Positions 10,473 to 19,836 of a stretch of 64,000 bases of DNA are shown piece by piece. This DNA is from a virus. Positions within the stretch are counted from its first letter, which is position 1, and every line of letters begins with the position of its first letter. The notes under the pieces were generated by a model that searched no databases, was not told the origin of the DNA, and saw only the letters and a program-made list of their open reading frames with translations. The translations under genes were made by a program, and so were the position numbers. The DNA is taken from the IMG/VR virus record IMGVR_UViG_3300008255_000097, positions 123,225 through 187,224 of that record. One strand, 5' to 3'.

Positions 10473-10859
10473 TTAGTAATTTAAAATATAACTATCCTCT
10501 TCGTTCAATTCCACTTCATCAGAATATCTAGCTAAACTTATTAATTTTTGAGCATGCATAACCCATTTTTCACTGTAACTATTGTAATATTCTTTCATAG
10601 TACAGTAAAAATACTCATGTAGTACATCGCCTATATGATCAACAGTATCCATCCAATTAAGAATAGATTCTGTTTCTGCAGTCATTGAACCGTATTTCTT
10701 TTTTATCCTTCTCTTATACCCTCTTGCAGTTAAGTCTAGTAAATCTTCTCTAATCTCTTTGACTTTTTTATCAATTCGTCTTTGGTTTCGTACTTTAACA
10801 CACTCAATGTATGCGGTACATTTCTCAATAACTACAGTAGATTTTACATATGCTTTCAT
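10473..10859 (-). CDS. hypothetical protein
   Basis: 128-aa ORF. Confidence 0.4.
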   Translation of the reverse strand: MKAYVKSTVVIEKCTAYIECVKVRNQRRIDKKVKEIREDLLDLTARGYKRRIKKKYGSMTAETESILNWMDTVDHIGDVLHEYFYCTMKEYYNSYSEKWVMHAQKLISLARYSDEVELNEEDSYILNY

Positions 10860-11002
10860 AATACTCTTTCAGTTTAAAATTATCCAATCGCGCTTATTTT
10901 TCATTTTTTGTTTTGCCTTCCTCAGCTTATGCTCTTTCTTCCACAGCGTAGATTTCATAGTGAGTATCTTTATCGCCAGCCGAGTCTTCATAAATACCTC
11001 AA

Positions 11003-11266
11003 CTACTTTGTACTTAAACTCTTAAGATGCTGCTTGAAGCTAGCAGCCTTCTGTGGATGGTCAGGATAACATTTTGGACATGCACCATACTTATATTTCG
11101 TACCCCATGATTTGATTGTACCGCCTCCTTTGCATCTCTTGCAATCTGGATTTGGTTTAAACTCCAGTGGCTGAAATCGGTCTGTATCACTAGGATCCAT
11201 AGCTTTACGAATAACATTTAAATCCTCTGTAGTTGCTTCAAATACTTGTCCTGTTCTTGTATCCAT
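11003..11266 (-). CDS. zinc-ribbon protein
   Basis: CKRCKGGG...CPKC. Confidence 0.4.
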   Translation of the reverse strand: MDTRTGQVFEATTEDLNVIRKAMDPSDTDRFQPLEFKPNPDCKRCKGGGTIKSWGTKYKYGACPKCYPDHPQKAASFKQHLKSLSTK

Positions 11267-11267
11267 T

Positions 11268-11846
11268 TTATCTCTCCTTAATATTCATCAAATCATTGAC
11301 AACAGTAATCCAATTAGGATATAACTCGCTACCAAATAATATTAACTTTCCTTCAAATCTGTCTTGACCATCAGTTATCGAATCATCTATAAGATAGTCT
11401 CCCTTTAATAGAGACTTATCACATGACATGATAAGCTTATTTAAATACTCAACTCCAAGATGTTGTTGAATCCACATCGCTTTTTCAGTATAACTTAGTA
11501 GATTGTATATTGACGGTCTTGTTAAAATATAAATGTCAAATTTCTCACTTAATTTCTGAATTGAACTAAGAGCGTTTGTAATAGGCTCTAGATTTAAAAA
11601 GAATCCATATGCTGATTGTGGAAATGGCTGAGATGGATTCTTTTGTTTATCTTGCTCAAAGGCTGATCTAAAATTACATAACACACCATCCATGTCACAA
11701 TATAGAATTGGTTTTGGTTTAATTATCTTTTCATGATGACAAGAGCACATACATCTCCAACCACCAAATGATCCTGGAGTATGCTCACCACCTGTACATG
11801 TATCACAGTTACAGTTATGACGTAGTTGTACCATTAAATCTCCCAT
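11268..11846 (-). CDS. HAD-family 5'(3')-deoxyribonucleotidase-like phosphatase with N-terminal Cys-rich region
   Basis: LYCDMDGVLCNF matches HAD motif I DxDGVL. Confidence 0.55.
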   Translation of the reverse strand: MGDLMVQLRHNCNCDTCTGGEHTPGSFGGWRCMCSCHHEKIIKPKPILYCDMDGVLCNFRSAFEQDKQKNPSQPFPQSAYGFFLNLEPITNALSSIQKLSEKFDIYILTRPSIYNLLSYTEKAMWIQQHLGVEYLNKLIMSCDKSLLKGDYLIDDSITDGQDRFEGKLILFGSELYPNWITVVNDLMNIKER

Positions 11847-12103
11847 GTAGTTGTTACTATGCGGTCACCGCATGTATCACATTCATGTTCGCTCATTTCA
11901 TAGTCATCATATTGAAACAATTGAATAATGTCGTTAATACTCACAGCACTATTTTTTATCTCTTCTCGGAGCCGTACAAAGAGATGTTCAACCAGAAGCG
12001 CTCGCTCTTCATCTGTCATAACATTGTTACCCTCACCATACAGAAGCTTACCGTCTACTGTTGTATGGAAAGCTGTACAACCCTCACTGATTACAATCTT
12101 CAT
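11834..12103 (-). CDS. hypothetical protein
   Basis: 89-aa ORF. Confidence 0.35.
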   Translation of the reverse strand: MKIVISEGCTAFHTTVDGKLLYGEGNNVMTDEERALLVEHLFVRLREEIKNSAVSINDIIQLFQYDDYEMSEHECDTCGDRIVTTTWEI

Positions 12104-12298
12104 ACTATTGTTCCAATATTACCAAAGCTCTACCAAGCTCTGTTTTGCTTGTACTCATCGTTCCTACTGAGGTTGATGGTACTAGTGGGCAGATTGTTTC
12201 TACCGCCCAGCCTCGTTCCAGCTTTGTGTTAAGATCCTCTACATCTCTACTTGTTTGAACCATTATTGCTAATTGCATCATATCTCCTTCACCTATGT

Positions 12299-12441
12299 TG
12301 GAAGCGCAGGTGGGAATCGAACCATTGAATGTTGAGTTACTAGTTTTCAACATTCCACATCTTAAAGCATACTCAGCTATATTTGCCCGGGCTTGTATAA
12401 CTTTTTAGCTCTACATTCTACCAGTTAAACTACTGCGCCAT
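12299..12441 (-). ncRNA. tRNA-like element (143 nt, atypical or insert-containing)
   Basis: Canonical 5' half (GGCGCAG TA GTTTAACTGGTAGAAT) and 3' end (GGTTCGATTCC...CTGCGCT T CCA) pair as an acceptor stem, but they are separated by about 65 extra nt including a 9-bp hairpin. Confidence 0.3.
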
Positions 12442-12708
12442 CATCTAAACGGGCGCTCGGGGCTGGAATCACACCAACATCTATAGTATGCTGTTTTACA
12501 TGACGTAGTACTCCATCATGCATCATATACACCATCGTATTATTCTAAGACTACCGCTCGGATATTGCCCTTACGGTCTTCATCTTTTTTTATACGACCC
12601 AAGCATTATTTCTATCTAAAATGGTACGCGATAAGTCTAGCATTTGGTGGTGCACTCAACCTTTCTTCGAACTCAATCGACGCATTGATATATGCTAATC
12701 ACGTAAAC

Positions 12709-12786
12709 TGGTACGGGCGGAGGGACTCGAACCCCCGACCCACGGATTAGAAATCCGTTGCTCTATCCACTGAGCTACGCCCGCGT
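12709..12786 (-). tRNA. tRNA-Arg(TCT)
   Basis: Anticodon loop TTTCTAA, T-arm GGGGGTTCGAGTCCCTC, 7-bp acceptor with G1-U72, CCA encoded. Confidence 0.75.
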
Positions 12787-12798
12787 ACTATTTTGAAA

Positions 12799-12876
12799 TG
12801 GTGGGCTCTGCCGGACTTGAACCGACAACCTGAGGCTTATGAGGCCACTGCTACTAACCAATTGAGCTAAGAGCCC
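12799..12876 (-). tRNA. tRNA-Met/Ile(CAT)
   Basis: Anticodon loop CTCATAA, T-arm GTCGGTTCAAGTCCGGC, acceptor GGGCTCT/AGAGCCC, CCA encoded. Confidence 0.7.
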
Positions 12877-13025
12877 TATTTATTCTTTATAAGTAATCTT
12901 TATCTTACCACATCTCCATAGGATTCTTCCAATTATGTACCCGATCAATAAGATAAACCATATTCCGGTTAAGATCTTAATGAACCAAATATCTATAAAG
13001 TACATCATTATTATTCTCCTATGAG

Positions 13026-13102
13026 TGGTAGACGCTATGGGGTTCGAACCCATGACCCCTGCATTAAAAGTGCAATGCTCTGTCCAACTGAGCTAAGCGT
13101 CC
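13026..13102 (-). tRNA. tRNA-Lys(TTT)
   Basis: Anticodon loop CTTTTAA, T-arm ATGGGTTCGAACCCCAT, CCA encoded. Confidence 0.75.
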
Positions 13103-13110
13103 AAAACTCC

Positions 13111-13401
13111 TTATTTGAAATACTTTTCTGCGCGAGCAACCATTTGCTCCCAAGCCACAGAGGTTGTAGTAATCATGTCACCAGGAATATTGCAAGGAAC
13201 ACCTTTCTCTGCACGACCGATTGCAATATCACGGCCAACCTTTTTCTTGAATACGTCGTTCCTGTTGCAGAATGATGCACCGATCAAAAACGAACGCGAG
13301 TCTCCACTCTCTTGTCCTGGTACCTTACGACCTGTGCAGGTGATGCATCCGCGACGGTTACCTGTATTGTCGTTCAGGTACTTAATCAATGTATTCTTCA
13401 T
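13111..13401 (-). CDS. hypothetical protein
   Basis: 96-aa ORF. Confidence 0.35.
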   Translation of the reverse strand: MKNTLIKYLNDNTGNRRGCITCTGRKVPGQESGDSRSFLIGASFCNRNDVFKKKVGRDIAIGRAEKGVPCNIPGDMITTTSVAWEQMVARAEKYFK

Positions 13402-13757
13402 TTTGTTTTTCCTTTCTTTTTTGTGTATTGTTTACATATCTTAGCCATTGCATATATCATTTCCGTACTCATATCACTTTTTTGACCGTTAGCTGTTGTA
13501 TCACAAGCAATAACATTACCAGCAATATACCCCTTTGTATTGTCAATACGATCAATCGATGTATTGCATTTAGGACCGTAATGAATCAGAGTACGGCCTG
13601 AATATGGACACACTTTACGCTTTAACAAATTCTTATAAGCGCAGAGAGATAAGTTAAATTCTATTTGTCGATCTTTAGCACTGGTAACCAATCTTAAATA
13701 CTTTCTACATAAATCAATATCAGGAACACCTTCAGTTACATCTATATCGGTTTTCAT
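13398..13757 (-). CDS. HNH endonuclease
   Basis: CPYSGRTL...IDRIDNTKGYIAGNVIAC, an HNH core. Confidence 0.7.
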   Translation of the reverse strand: MKTDIDVTEGVPDIDLCRKYLRLVTSAKDRQIEFNLSLCAYKNLLKRKVCPYSGRTLIHYGPKCNTSIDRIDNTKGYIAGNVIACDTTANGQKSDMSTEMIYAMAKICKQYTKKKGKTK

Positions 13758-13790
13758 TTACTCTCCTTTGTCTTAATCTAATGTTAACTA

Positions 13791-13997
13791 TTACTGATAA
13801 TTTTCTTCTTGATATGCTTTATGCATTCCGTCTTGTATACCTTCTCGAAACGCCATCACAAGAGCATCTCTAATTAACTGAAGAGTTACTCTATTTAGTC
13901 CTTTTTCATTTGTTCTGTCTATATCCAATGTATCTATTCCAAAGATTTTCTTTGCAATATCCTCAGTTACTGCTTCCTCTCTCGTTCTAATTCTCAT
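13791..13997 (-). CDS. hypothetical protein
   Basis: 68-aa ORF. Confidence 0.3.
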   Translation of the reverse strand: MRIRTREEAVTEDIAKKIFGIDTLDIDRTNEKGLNRVTLQLIRDALVMAFREGIQDGMHKAYQEENYQ

Positions 13998-14433
13998 ATG
14001 GCATCACAATCCAATTTTCTGGATCAATTATTTTAAACGAGGATAGTTTCATTCTATCCAGAACATCTTTTGAGTATAGAGTCAGGAAATGATAATTATT
14101 GCAGTGACACTCCTCTAATTCCTGCTTGACAACATGCTCCCATGTTTCTCCTGTGTCGAGAATCTCATCTAGTATAAGCACACGTTCGAACTCTATACTC
14201 GATGGAAGATGCTGATATACAATAGGGAACTCTCTCTTCACATCACCATCATAATAAGTTACTCCTAGTGAATAGACTTTCGTAATTCCCAGCTTATGTG
14301 CAATAATAGTTGCAGGAATTAGTCCACCACGAGCAATACCAACTATTGCTGTAAACGGTCCGTGCACTGATGCACAACTAGCTGCGTTACAGCAATCAGT
14401 TATATACTCATCCCATTTAATAAACGTTTTCAT
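13987..14433 (-). CDS. purine phosphoribosyltransferase (HGPRT/XGPRT-like)
   Basis: PRPP-binding motif VLILDEILDTGET. Confidence 0.6.
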   Translation of the reverse strand: MKTFIKWDEYITDCCNAASCASVHGPFTAIVGIARGGLIPATIIAHKLGITKVYSLGVTYYDGDVKREFPIVYQHLPSSIEFERVLILDEILDTGETWEHVVKQELEECHCNNYHFLTLYSKDVLDRMKLSSFKIIDPENWIVMPYEN

Positions 14434-14464
14434 GTTATCCTAAACTCATTCTGTAATCTTGTCA

Positions 14465-14803
14465 TTAATAAGAATCCCTCAGATAGTTCATCATTTTAAT
14501 CAACCGATTATGAGGCATAGGAATCAATTCGGTATTGTTTAAATATTCTGCCATTTCTGCAGGAGTTTTTTGTGTACCAACCATGCCATCAGTCATTGAG
14601 ATCAAAACTGTTCCTTTCGAACTACCTCCTATGAAACCTATCTTATGTGTCCATTTAGCAGTCCATCTATCAGGCGTCCAACTCCTATCTTTGTTTACAT
14701 TACAAATCGGCTTATAAACAAAAATACCGCAAACAACATCTTTTTCTTCCCAGATATATTTCATAATATCCTTAAGTATAGAGGCGCCTGCAGATTTGCT
14801 CAA
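14465..14803 (-). CDS. hypothetical protein
   Basis: 112-aa ORF. Confidence 0.35.
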   Translation of the reverse strand: MSKSAGASILKDIMKYIWEEKDVVCGIFVYKPICNVNKDRSWTPDRWTAKWTHKIGFIGGSSKGTVLISMTDGMVGTQKTPAEMAEYLNNTELIPMPHNRLIKMMNYLRDSY

Positions 14804-15887
14804 GCAATTTTTTAATCATTCTTTGCTCAATCGGGTGATTATCTAGATGTAGAAACGCACACTTCGTTTTTTCAGTTGATCCATACGCTTCCTGGATACG
14901 GCGAGCTACCTCTTTACGTTCAATAGTACGAAGAGGTTCTACAAACTTCTCAACATGCGCTAGCATTTTATCTAGTTCTTGCTTTGCATTGCAAACTTTA
15001 GAAACCAGACCTTGAGCCATCTGAACACACTCCCAATCAAAGTCAGCTGTCAACTGATCAATATATTCTTGGTAAGTTGGACATCCTCTTTCGACAAACA
15101 TTTCAAGAACCGACTTCATCGTGCAATGAGATAAGAACGCATGCTTAGCGAGGTATTCAGTTCCTTTTAGTTTGAGTATCTGTTGGTGGTCTTTTCCGAA
15201 GTAGACACAAACACCTTCTTTACCTTTGAATGCTCTTACAGCATCAACCATATCAGATACAGAATTGAAATCGTATGTCCGAGCTCGCTCAACATTCATC
15301 ATGACAGCAACCCCGTCAAGTTTATCTTGAGATGCAATTTTGTATTCTTCGTGTTTGACTATACCGGTTAAGAACAACTGTGGTTCACTGCCGTAGTCAA
15401 GTACAATTCGATTGGTAGGAGTTACCCATTCAAACAAAAGAGTATGCTTTTCAGAATTAATCAACTGATTATCAAATGCAACAGGATACTTTTCCATGAG
15501 CAAGTCAATCTCTTGACCGTTCTCGAGATCACGTGCATTAACTGTGCCGCGTGTTCGAATGATGAGCTCTCCACACCACTTCGAAACAATCAAGCAGGAG
15601 CCGTCAATCTTTTCAACAGCTACAGCGCCCGTGAGGCTTTCTGGCGGCTCACATAAATCAGCACGTTCACCCCAATTGAAGAATTTAGGATACGACAAAG
15701 AGACAGGAACTTTTAGCTCCTTTAACCACATAGAACTACGAAACTTAACTAGATCAGAGTTCCAGTTAATATCAAACATGTTACCTTTGCTTGGATAAAT
15801 AAGAACACAGGCATCACCAGCAACTTCACAGTCTCTAACTATGAATCCCTTTTTAAGCAACTCAATTTGTTCTTCTTCCCATGTCAT
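14772..15887 (-). CDS. RNA ligase (Rnl1-like)
   Basis: Motif I VEKIDGSCLIV (KxDG); the 371-aa length matches T4 Rnl1. Confidence 0.55.
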   Translation of the reverse strand: MTWEEEQIELLKKGFIVRDCEVAGDACVLIYPSKGNMFDINWNSDLVKFRSSMWLKELKVPVSLSYPKFFNWGERADLCEPPESLTGAVAVEKIDGSCLIVSKWCGELIIRTRGTVNARDLENGQEIDLLMEKYPVAFDNQLINSEKHTLLFEWVTPTNRIVLDYGSEPQLFLTGIVKHEEYKIASQDKLDGVAVMMNVERARTYDFNSVSDMVDAVRAFKGKEGVCVYFGKDHQQILKLKGTEYLAKHAFLSHCTMKSVLEMFVERGCPTYQEYIDQLTADFDWECVQMAQGLVSKVCNAKQELDKMLAHVEKFVEPLRTIERKEVARRIQEAYGSTEKTKCAFLHLDNHPIEQRMIKKLLEQICRRLYT

Positions 15888-16165
15888 AATACACCATCTT
15901 TCACTTTTCCAAATCCATATCCGTATTGCTTTGCTAGAATTTCGACAGTCTCTAAAAATGTTTTCGCCGCTTCTGTAATAGTACCTTCATATACAACGCA
16001 TAGTTCATCGTCGTCATTGTTCTCTAGTGTGACTTTATTATCACCAATAACAAAAGTGATATTATTAGGTAGCACCGCACTGGCATCAATCATATACGGT
16101 TGTAACAACCGATCATCCATCGTATACATGCTACTATCACAGATAGATAGTTCATTATTCATCAT
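15884..16165 (-). CDS. hypothetical protein
   Basis: 93-aa ORF, translationally coupled. Confidence 0.35.
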   Translation of the reverse strand: MMNNELSICDSSMYTMDDRLLQPYMIDASAVLPNNITFVIGDNKVTLENNDDDELCVVYEGTITEAAKTFLETVEILAKQYGYGFGKVKDGVL

Positions 16166-16168
16166 ATA

Positions 16169-16456
16169 CTAATTCAACCTCTCGTAAATATGCCAAACCA
16201 GCCCTCGAATATCTTGAACGGTACTAATATATTTTCGCTCAGTGCCCATATCCTCTCTAAGAGTGTGTCCAGTACCAACAATTTCAAACATACGCTCGCT
16301 CTGCTCTTTTTTTGGATCGACTTCCGCCCAAATACAAATTACACCTCGCTGTATTTGAGCTGTTAACACAGTACTACCTATCGGCATCAAAATGGTAGCA
16401 CCTGCCCAGTCTTTATCGTCAATACTATATTTCCATATCTGCTTCATAATATCCAA
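16169..16456 (-). CDS. hypothetical protein
   Basis: 95-aa ORF. Confidence 0.35.
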   Translation of the reverse strand: MDIMKQIWKYSIDDKDWAGATILMPIGSTVLTAQIQRGVICIWAEVDPKKEQSERMFEIVGTGHTLREDMGTERKYISTVQDIRGLVWHIYERLN

Positions 16457-16601
16457 TCTTCATATATAATAGAATATCAATGATATAAACGCAAGCATAA
16501 TCATAAAAATTCTTCAAAGTGAGACTCAAAATATTCATCAAAATTCATTTTGTCATCAAAAACAATTATCGAACCACCCTCTAGCTCTATTACCCATGCA
16601 T

Positions 16602-17009
16602 TCATAGAAATCTTACAAAATTTTGTTCCATAAATCGTTTAAATGTATCAAATACCTCAAACCGAATGCAATTTTCAATTCCATTAATTATTGTGTGCTT
16701 ATGTGTTTCAGTTGGGTTACTTGACCATGCAACATCTATTATAATATCTGTTGTCTTTTCTTCCTTATTTTGGCTTGGTAGTTGTTTTAGATAATGTTTA
16801 TGAATGTCAATTACTCTACCGGCTACTTGAAGATCAAGTGATACCACGTAACCCCATTGACCTAACCCAATCAAAGCTCGTCGTTCCCGCTTAATATTGT
16901 TAATTTTCTCTCTTTTAAGAGTTTCTTTCTTCTTTTTTTTATACTCTTTGCGTCTAATACTACTAGTAGTACCGTATTTTCTATAAATAGGGTTCATTAT
17001 ACACCTCAA
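16602..17009 (-). CDS. hypothetical protein
   Basis: 135-aa ORF. Confidence 0.35.
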   Translation of the reverse strand: MRCIMNPIYRKYGTTSSIRRKEYKKKKKETLKREKINNIKRERRALIGLGQWGYVVSLDLQVAGRVIDIHKHYLKQLPSQNKEEKTTDIIIDVAWSSNPTETHKHTIINGIENCIRFEVFDTFKRFMEQNFVRFL

Positions 17010-17013
17010 ATTT

Positions 17014-17421
17014 TTATAATAGTATTATTTCTCTTCCTAGTTTTGTTGCAGTTTTAATTGTATTTTCAGTTCCACCGGTTCTATCTCTAGCAACCAATGC
17101 AAGAAGAATATCACAATCCTCCGCAATTAAAGTATTACGAGTGTAGTTTGCATTTACATAATCCGAGTATTGTGAGCCTTTTGGTACTGTCTTTGGCCTG
17201 TGTATTATTAAGAATCCATTTTCTTCTGTAAGATTTAACTTCTCTGCAATTAACTCCGCAAACTTATCACCGCCTTGCGTACAACCACCTGATACTATTT
17301 TATCTCCTGGTTTATAAATTTCCAAAAAAGCTGTTAAAAGCTGTTTTAAATCAGTATCTGTATTACGTCGGCGAGATCCTACTATTCCAATAACTTTGTA
17401 TGGTTTAATTATATCTCTCAT
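17014..17421 (-). CDS. SLOG/DprA-like Rossmann-fold protein
   Basis: VIGIVGSRRR ... IVSGGCTQGGDKFAELIA resembles the DprA/YpsA/LOG nucleotide-binding loops. Confidence 0.4.
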   Translation of the reverse strand: MRDIIKPYKVIGIVGSRRRNTDTDLKQLLTAFLEIYKPGDKIVSGGCTQGGDKFAELIAEKLNLTEENGFLIIHRPKTVPKGSQYSDYVNANYTRNTLIAEDCDILLALVARDRTGGTENTIKTATKLGREIILL

Positions 17422-17433
17422 ATCGGTGTGGTT

Positions 17434-18567
17434 CTATAAATTGTGTGTTATGAGTAATTCCGTGGCTTTAGCTCTAATCTCATCTGTCTTCAACTCAGCG
17501 TCTGTTAGTCCTTTGAACTCATCTCGCACATTGAGCCATTTAATCCACTTACCTACTTCAGGTCCTGGTTCTATCTTAAGTATGTCCATGATATCTTTAC
17601 CAGAGAGAATTTGACGACACTTCTTATCAACTGCGGTTGCTTTTGCTATAATCTTCTCAACTCTATCACTGCCAAATATTCGCTTCTCTATTTCATAGTC
17701 ATTATTTGTTACTGTTGCACTCTTTTTTATGTTACGCAAGATGTCATAGGTGTCTTGAACCTCTTGTTTCTTTTTTGCTGCAGCATGTGCTTTTCGATTC
17801 TCAACAACAAGATTCCGGCCATCAACAAACCGTGGCTTGTTCCATACATCCCAATCATATCTCGGAGAGTTAGATATCCATGTCGCAACTCCATTTGGAT
17901 CAAATAAAATAGGATCTTCAAACTGAACAGGATCAAGCATAAGTAACTGAAACACTTCGTTTATATCTCTAGTTAGCATTATGTTATGAAAGTTGTCTTT
18001 AGTATCTTTTAAACGGATAAAAAACGCTTGACTGTCATATTTATACCCACAGCTGCGAGCAAAGCTACCAATCAGAGCCGGTACGATAGTTCCATGCCCA
18101 TGAAAAAACTTTTTAAACTCAAATGATTGTGTGGTTGTCAGTAGAAAATCGATCATGTACTGTTTACCATCTCCCAGCAAATCTTTAACAACAAGCATTA
18201 ATTGCGGTCCATTGCTTTCATGTGCAACGATATTTTCATCTATTGGAGCATTTGCTAACTTATGCCACTTATCATTATGATAATTTTTTCTAACTAAAAT
18301 ATCTCGCCTCCAGAAAGAGTTACCGCTCTTTTCTGACCCTTGTTTAGGTACAATAACAATATCCATATCGCCAGTATCAACTCGACCCATTGCTTTCTTA
18401 TGAGCATTAGGAATAAACATTTGACTGAATAGATGTCCCCACCGCTCAGTTACAGCTTCTGCAAGAGCATCGAACTTATCAAGTGGTATACGCTCAGGCT
18501 GTTGATCAATTGGATAGTGTTTAAACGCGCCATTCATATTCTCTCCTTGTAATCTCCACTGAATCAA
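17434..18567 (-). CDS. hypothetical protein (possible nucleotidyltransferase fold)
   Basis: 377 aa; GRVDTGDMDIVIV weakly resembles the pol-beta NTase hG[GS]...DhD signature. Confidence 0.3.
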   Translation of the reverse strand: MIQWRLQGENMNGAFKHYPIDQQPERIPLDKFDALAEAVTERWGHLFSQMFIPNAHKKAMGRVDTGDMDIVIVPKQGSEKSGNSFWRRDILVRKNYHNDKWHKLANAPIDENIVAHESNGPQLMLVVKDLLGDGKQYMIDFLLTTTQSFEFKKFFHGHGTIVPALIGSFARSCGYKYDSQAFFIRLKDTKDNFHNIMLTRDINEVFQLLMLDPVQFEDPILFDPNGVATWISNSPRYDWDVWNKPRFVDGRNLVVENRKAHAAAKKKQEVQDTYDILRNIKKSATVTNNDYEIEKRIFGSDRVEKIIAKATAVDKKCRQILSGKDIMDILKIEPGPEVGKWIKWLNVRDEFKGLTDAELKTDEIRAKATELLITHNL

Positions 18568-18784
18568 AAAACATTACTACGATTACAACAAATGTAAACC
18601 ACGGTAACGGCACTTTAGTCATATAGCATATGCCTAATTGACCTACTACACAAAAGAATTTGGCTAGAAAATAAAACCAAATGTTTAGAACTTTTTTGGA
18701 TAAAAACGTTACCAATAATGCAACGCCCCAGGACCAAAATGCTACGTATTTTGTTATAATGAAAAAGTATAATAAGTATTCCAA
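18521..18784 (-). CDS. hypothetical membrane protein
   Basis: 87 aa with two hydrophobic segments. Confidence 0.3.
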   Translation of the reverse strand: MEYLLYFFIITKYVAFWSWGVALLVTFLSKKVLNIWFYFLAKFFCVVGQLGICYMTKVPLPWFTFVVIVVMFFDSVEITRREYEWRV

Positions 18785-18793
18785 GATACCTTT

Positions 18794-19078
18794 CTAGCGC
18801 TTCTTTTTACGCTTCATTGTAATTCGAAAATGATCGGGTTTCTTTTGTATCCATTTAATCCATTTTTGAATATCACTGACAGCTAAGATTGATTCAATCG
18901 TAAAATATTTCCGTTCTAACTCTTTCTCTGTGAATAACTGATGAATCATATCATGACAATCACAACACATTAATTCAGTTATTTTACCTTTTCTACACTT
19001 TGGTATTAAATGATGTTTCTCCATATAACAGTCTGGTGTTATTCGGTCACATATCGGGCATTGATTATTCATTACCAA
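18794..19078 (-). CDS. small HNH nuclease
   Basis: CPICDR...EKHHLIPKCRKG...CCDCHDMIH. Confidence 0.55.
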   Translation of the reverse strand: MVMNNQCPICDRITPDCYMEKHHLIPKCRKGKITELMCCDCHDMIHQLFTEKELERKYFTIESILAVSDIQKWIKWIQKKPDHFRITMKRKKKR

Positions 19079-19520
19079 ATGTACTCTGTAAAATATGCTC
19101 TAGTTGCTTGATTGTATCATCCGCCGAAGTGTGTAAAATACCTATTCCACCTGCTGCTGTCCATTTCATTATATTTGATTCTCTATCATCAATCAATATA
19201 AAATTTGGCGTAGCGTAGTTTTCTTTTTTGCTTGTTAGTATAACTTCAACATCCCCTATGTTATCTTTGCACCATTTCATCTTCCCGGTCTTGCTAGCAT
19301 TACTTCGGCTCGGAGTTGATGCTATTTTTACAGGAAAGTTACTTATGAACTTCCACAGTTCTTGTCCATCTGGCATCCAAGGCATTTCACTCCAAAACTC
19401 CTCACCAGCTTGATTAATAACTCTCCAGAGCGCAGGCTGCCCTCTGGATTTCAATTGTTCTATTGTTCCACGACCAAGCGCAGTAACCCCTCGATCAAAA
19501 TCGCACAATACACCATCCAT
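19065..19520 (-). CDS. HAD-family 5'(3')-deoxyribonucleotidase
   Basis: N-terminal MDGVLCDFDRG matches the NT5C-type DxDGVL motif I. Confidence 0.6.
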   Translation of the reverse strand: MDGVLCDFDRGVTALGRGTIEQLKSRGQPALWRVINQAGEEFWSEMPWMPDGQELWKFISNFPVKIASTPSRSNASKTGKMKWCKDNIGDVEVILTSKKENYATPNFILIDDRESNIMKWTAAGGIGILHTSADDTIKQLEHILQSTFGNE

Positions 19521-19548
19521 ATCGCAGTAGATAATTAAGTTAGTTATA

Positions 19549-19836
19549 TTATATATCCAGGTCTAGTTGTTTAGGTTTAGTTGGTTCTACTTTCGGGGGT
19601 GCCGGTGGTACCTCCACTATATTCCAATAGCTTAATTCTATTCGATCATTTAACTCTCTCGGTGATGGTATACCAGGATTTCCAGCCTTCCACTTACCCT
19701 TAAAGTTTGTCCAAGCCTCTTTACGAGTATCGGCAGTTGTGTAAGCATATTTGTTTAACGGTTCCTTTGTCAGGTTGTGTACTATTGCCCATACAGCCAT
19801 TTTATCTCCTATAAATCTTAAATCGATGCAATGCAA
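19549..19836 (-). CDS. hypothetical protein
   Basis: 95-aa ORF. Confidence 0.35.
   Translation of the reverse strand: MHCIDLRFIGDKMAVWAIVHNLTKEPLNKYAYTTADTRKEAWTNFKGKWKAGNPGIPSPRELNDRIELSYWNIVEVPPAPPKVEPTKPKQLDLDI

Noticed and set aside
12445-12700. Possible additional tRNA between the 12.3 kb tRNA-like element and tRNA-Arg
   Set aside because: No GGTTCGA-type T-arm or acceptor pairing was found. It appears to be plain intergenic sequence.
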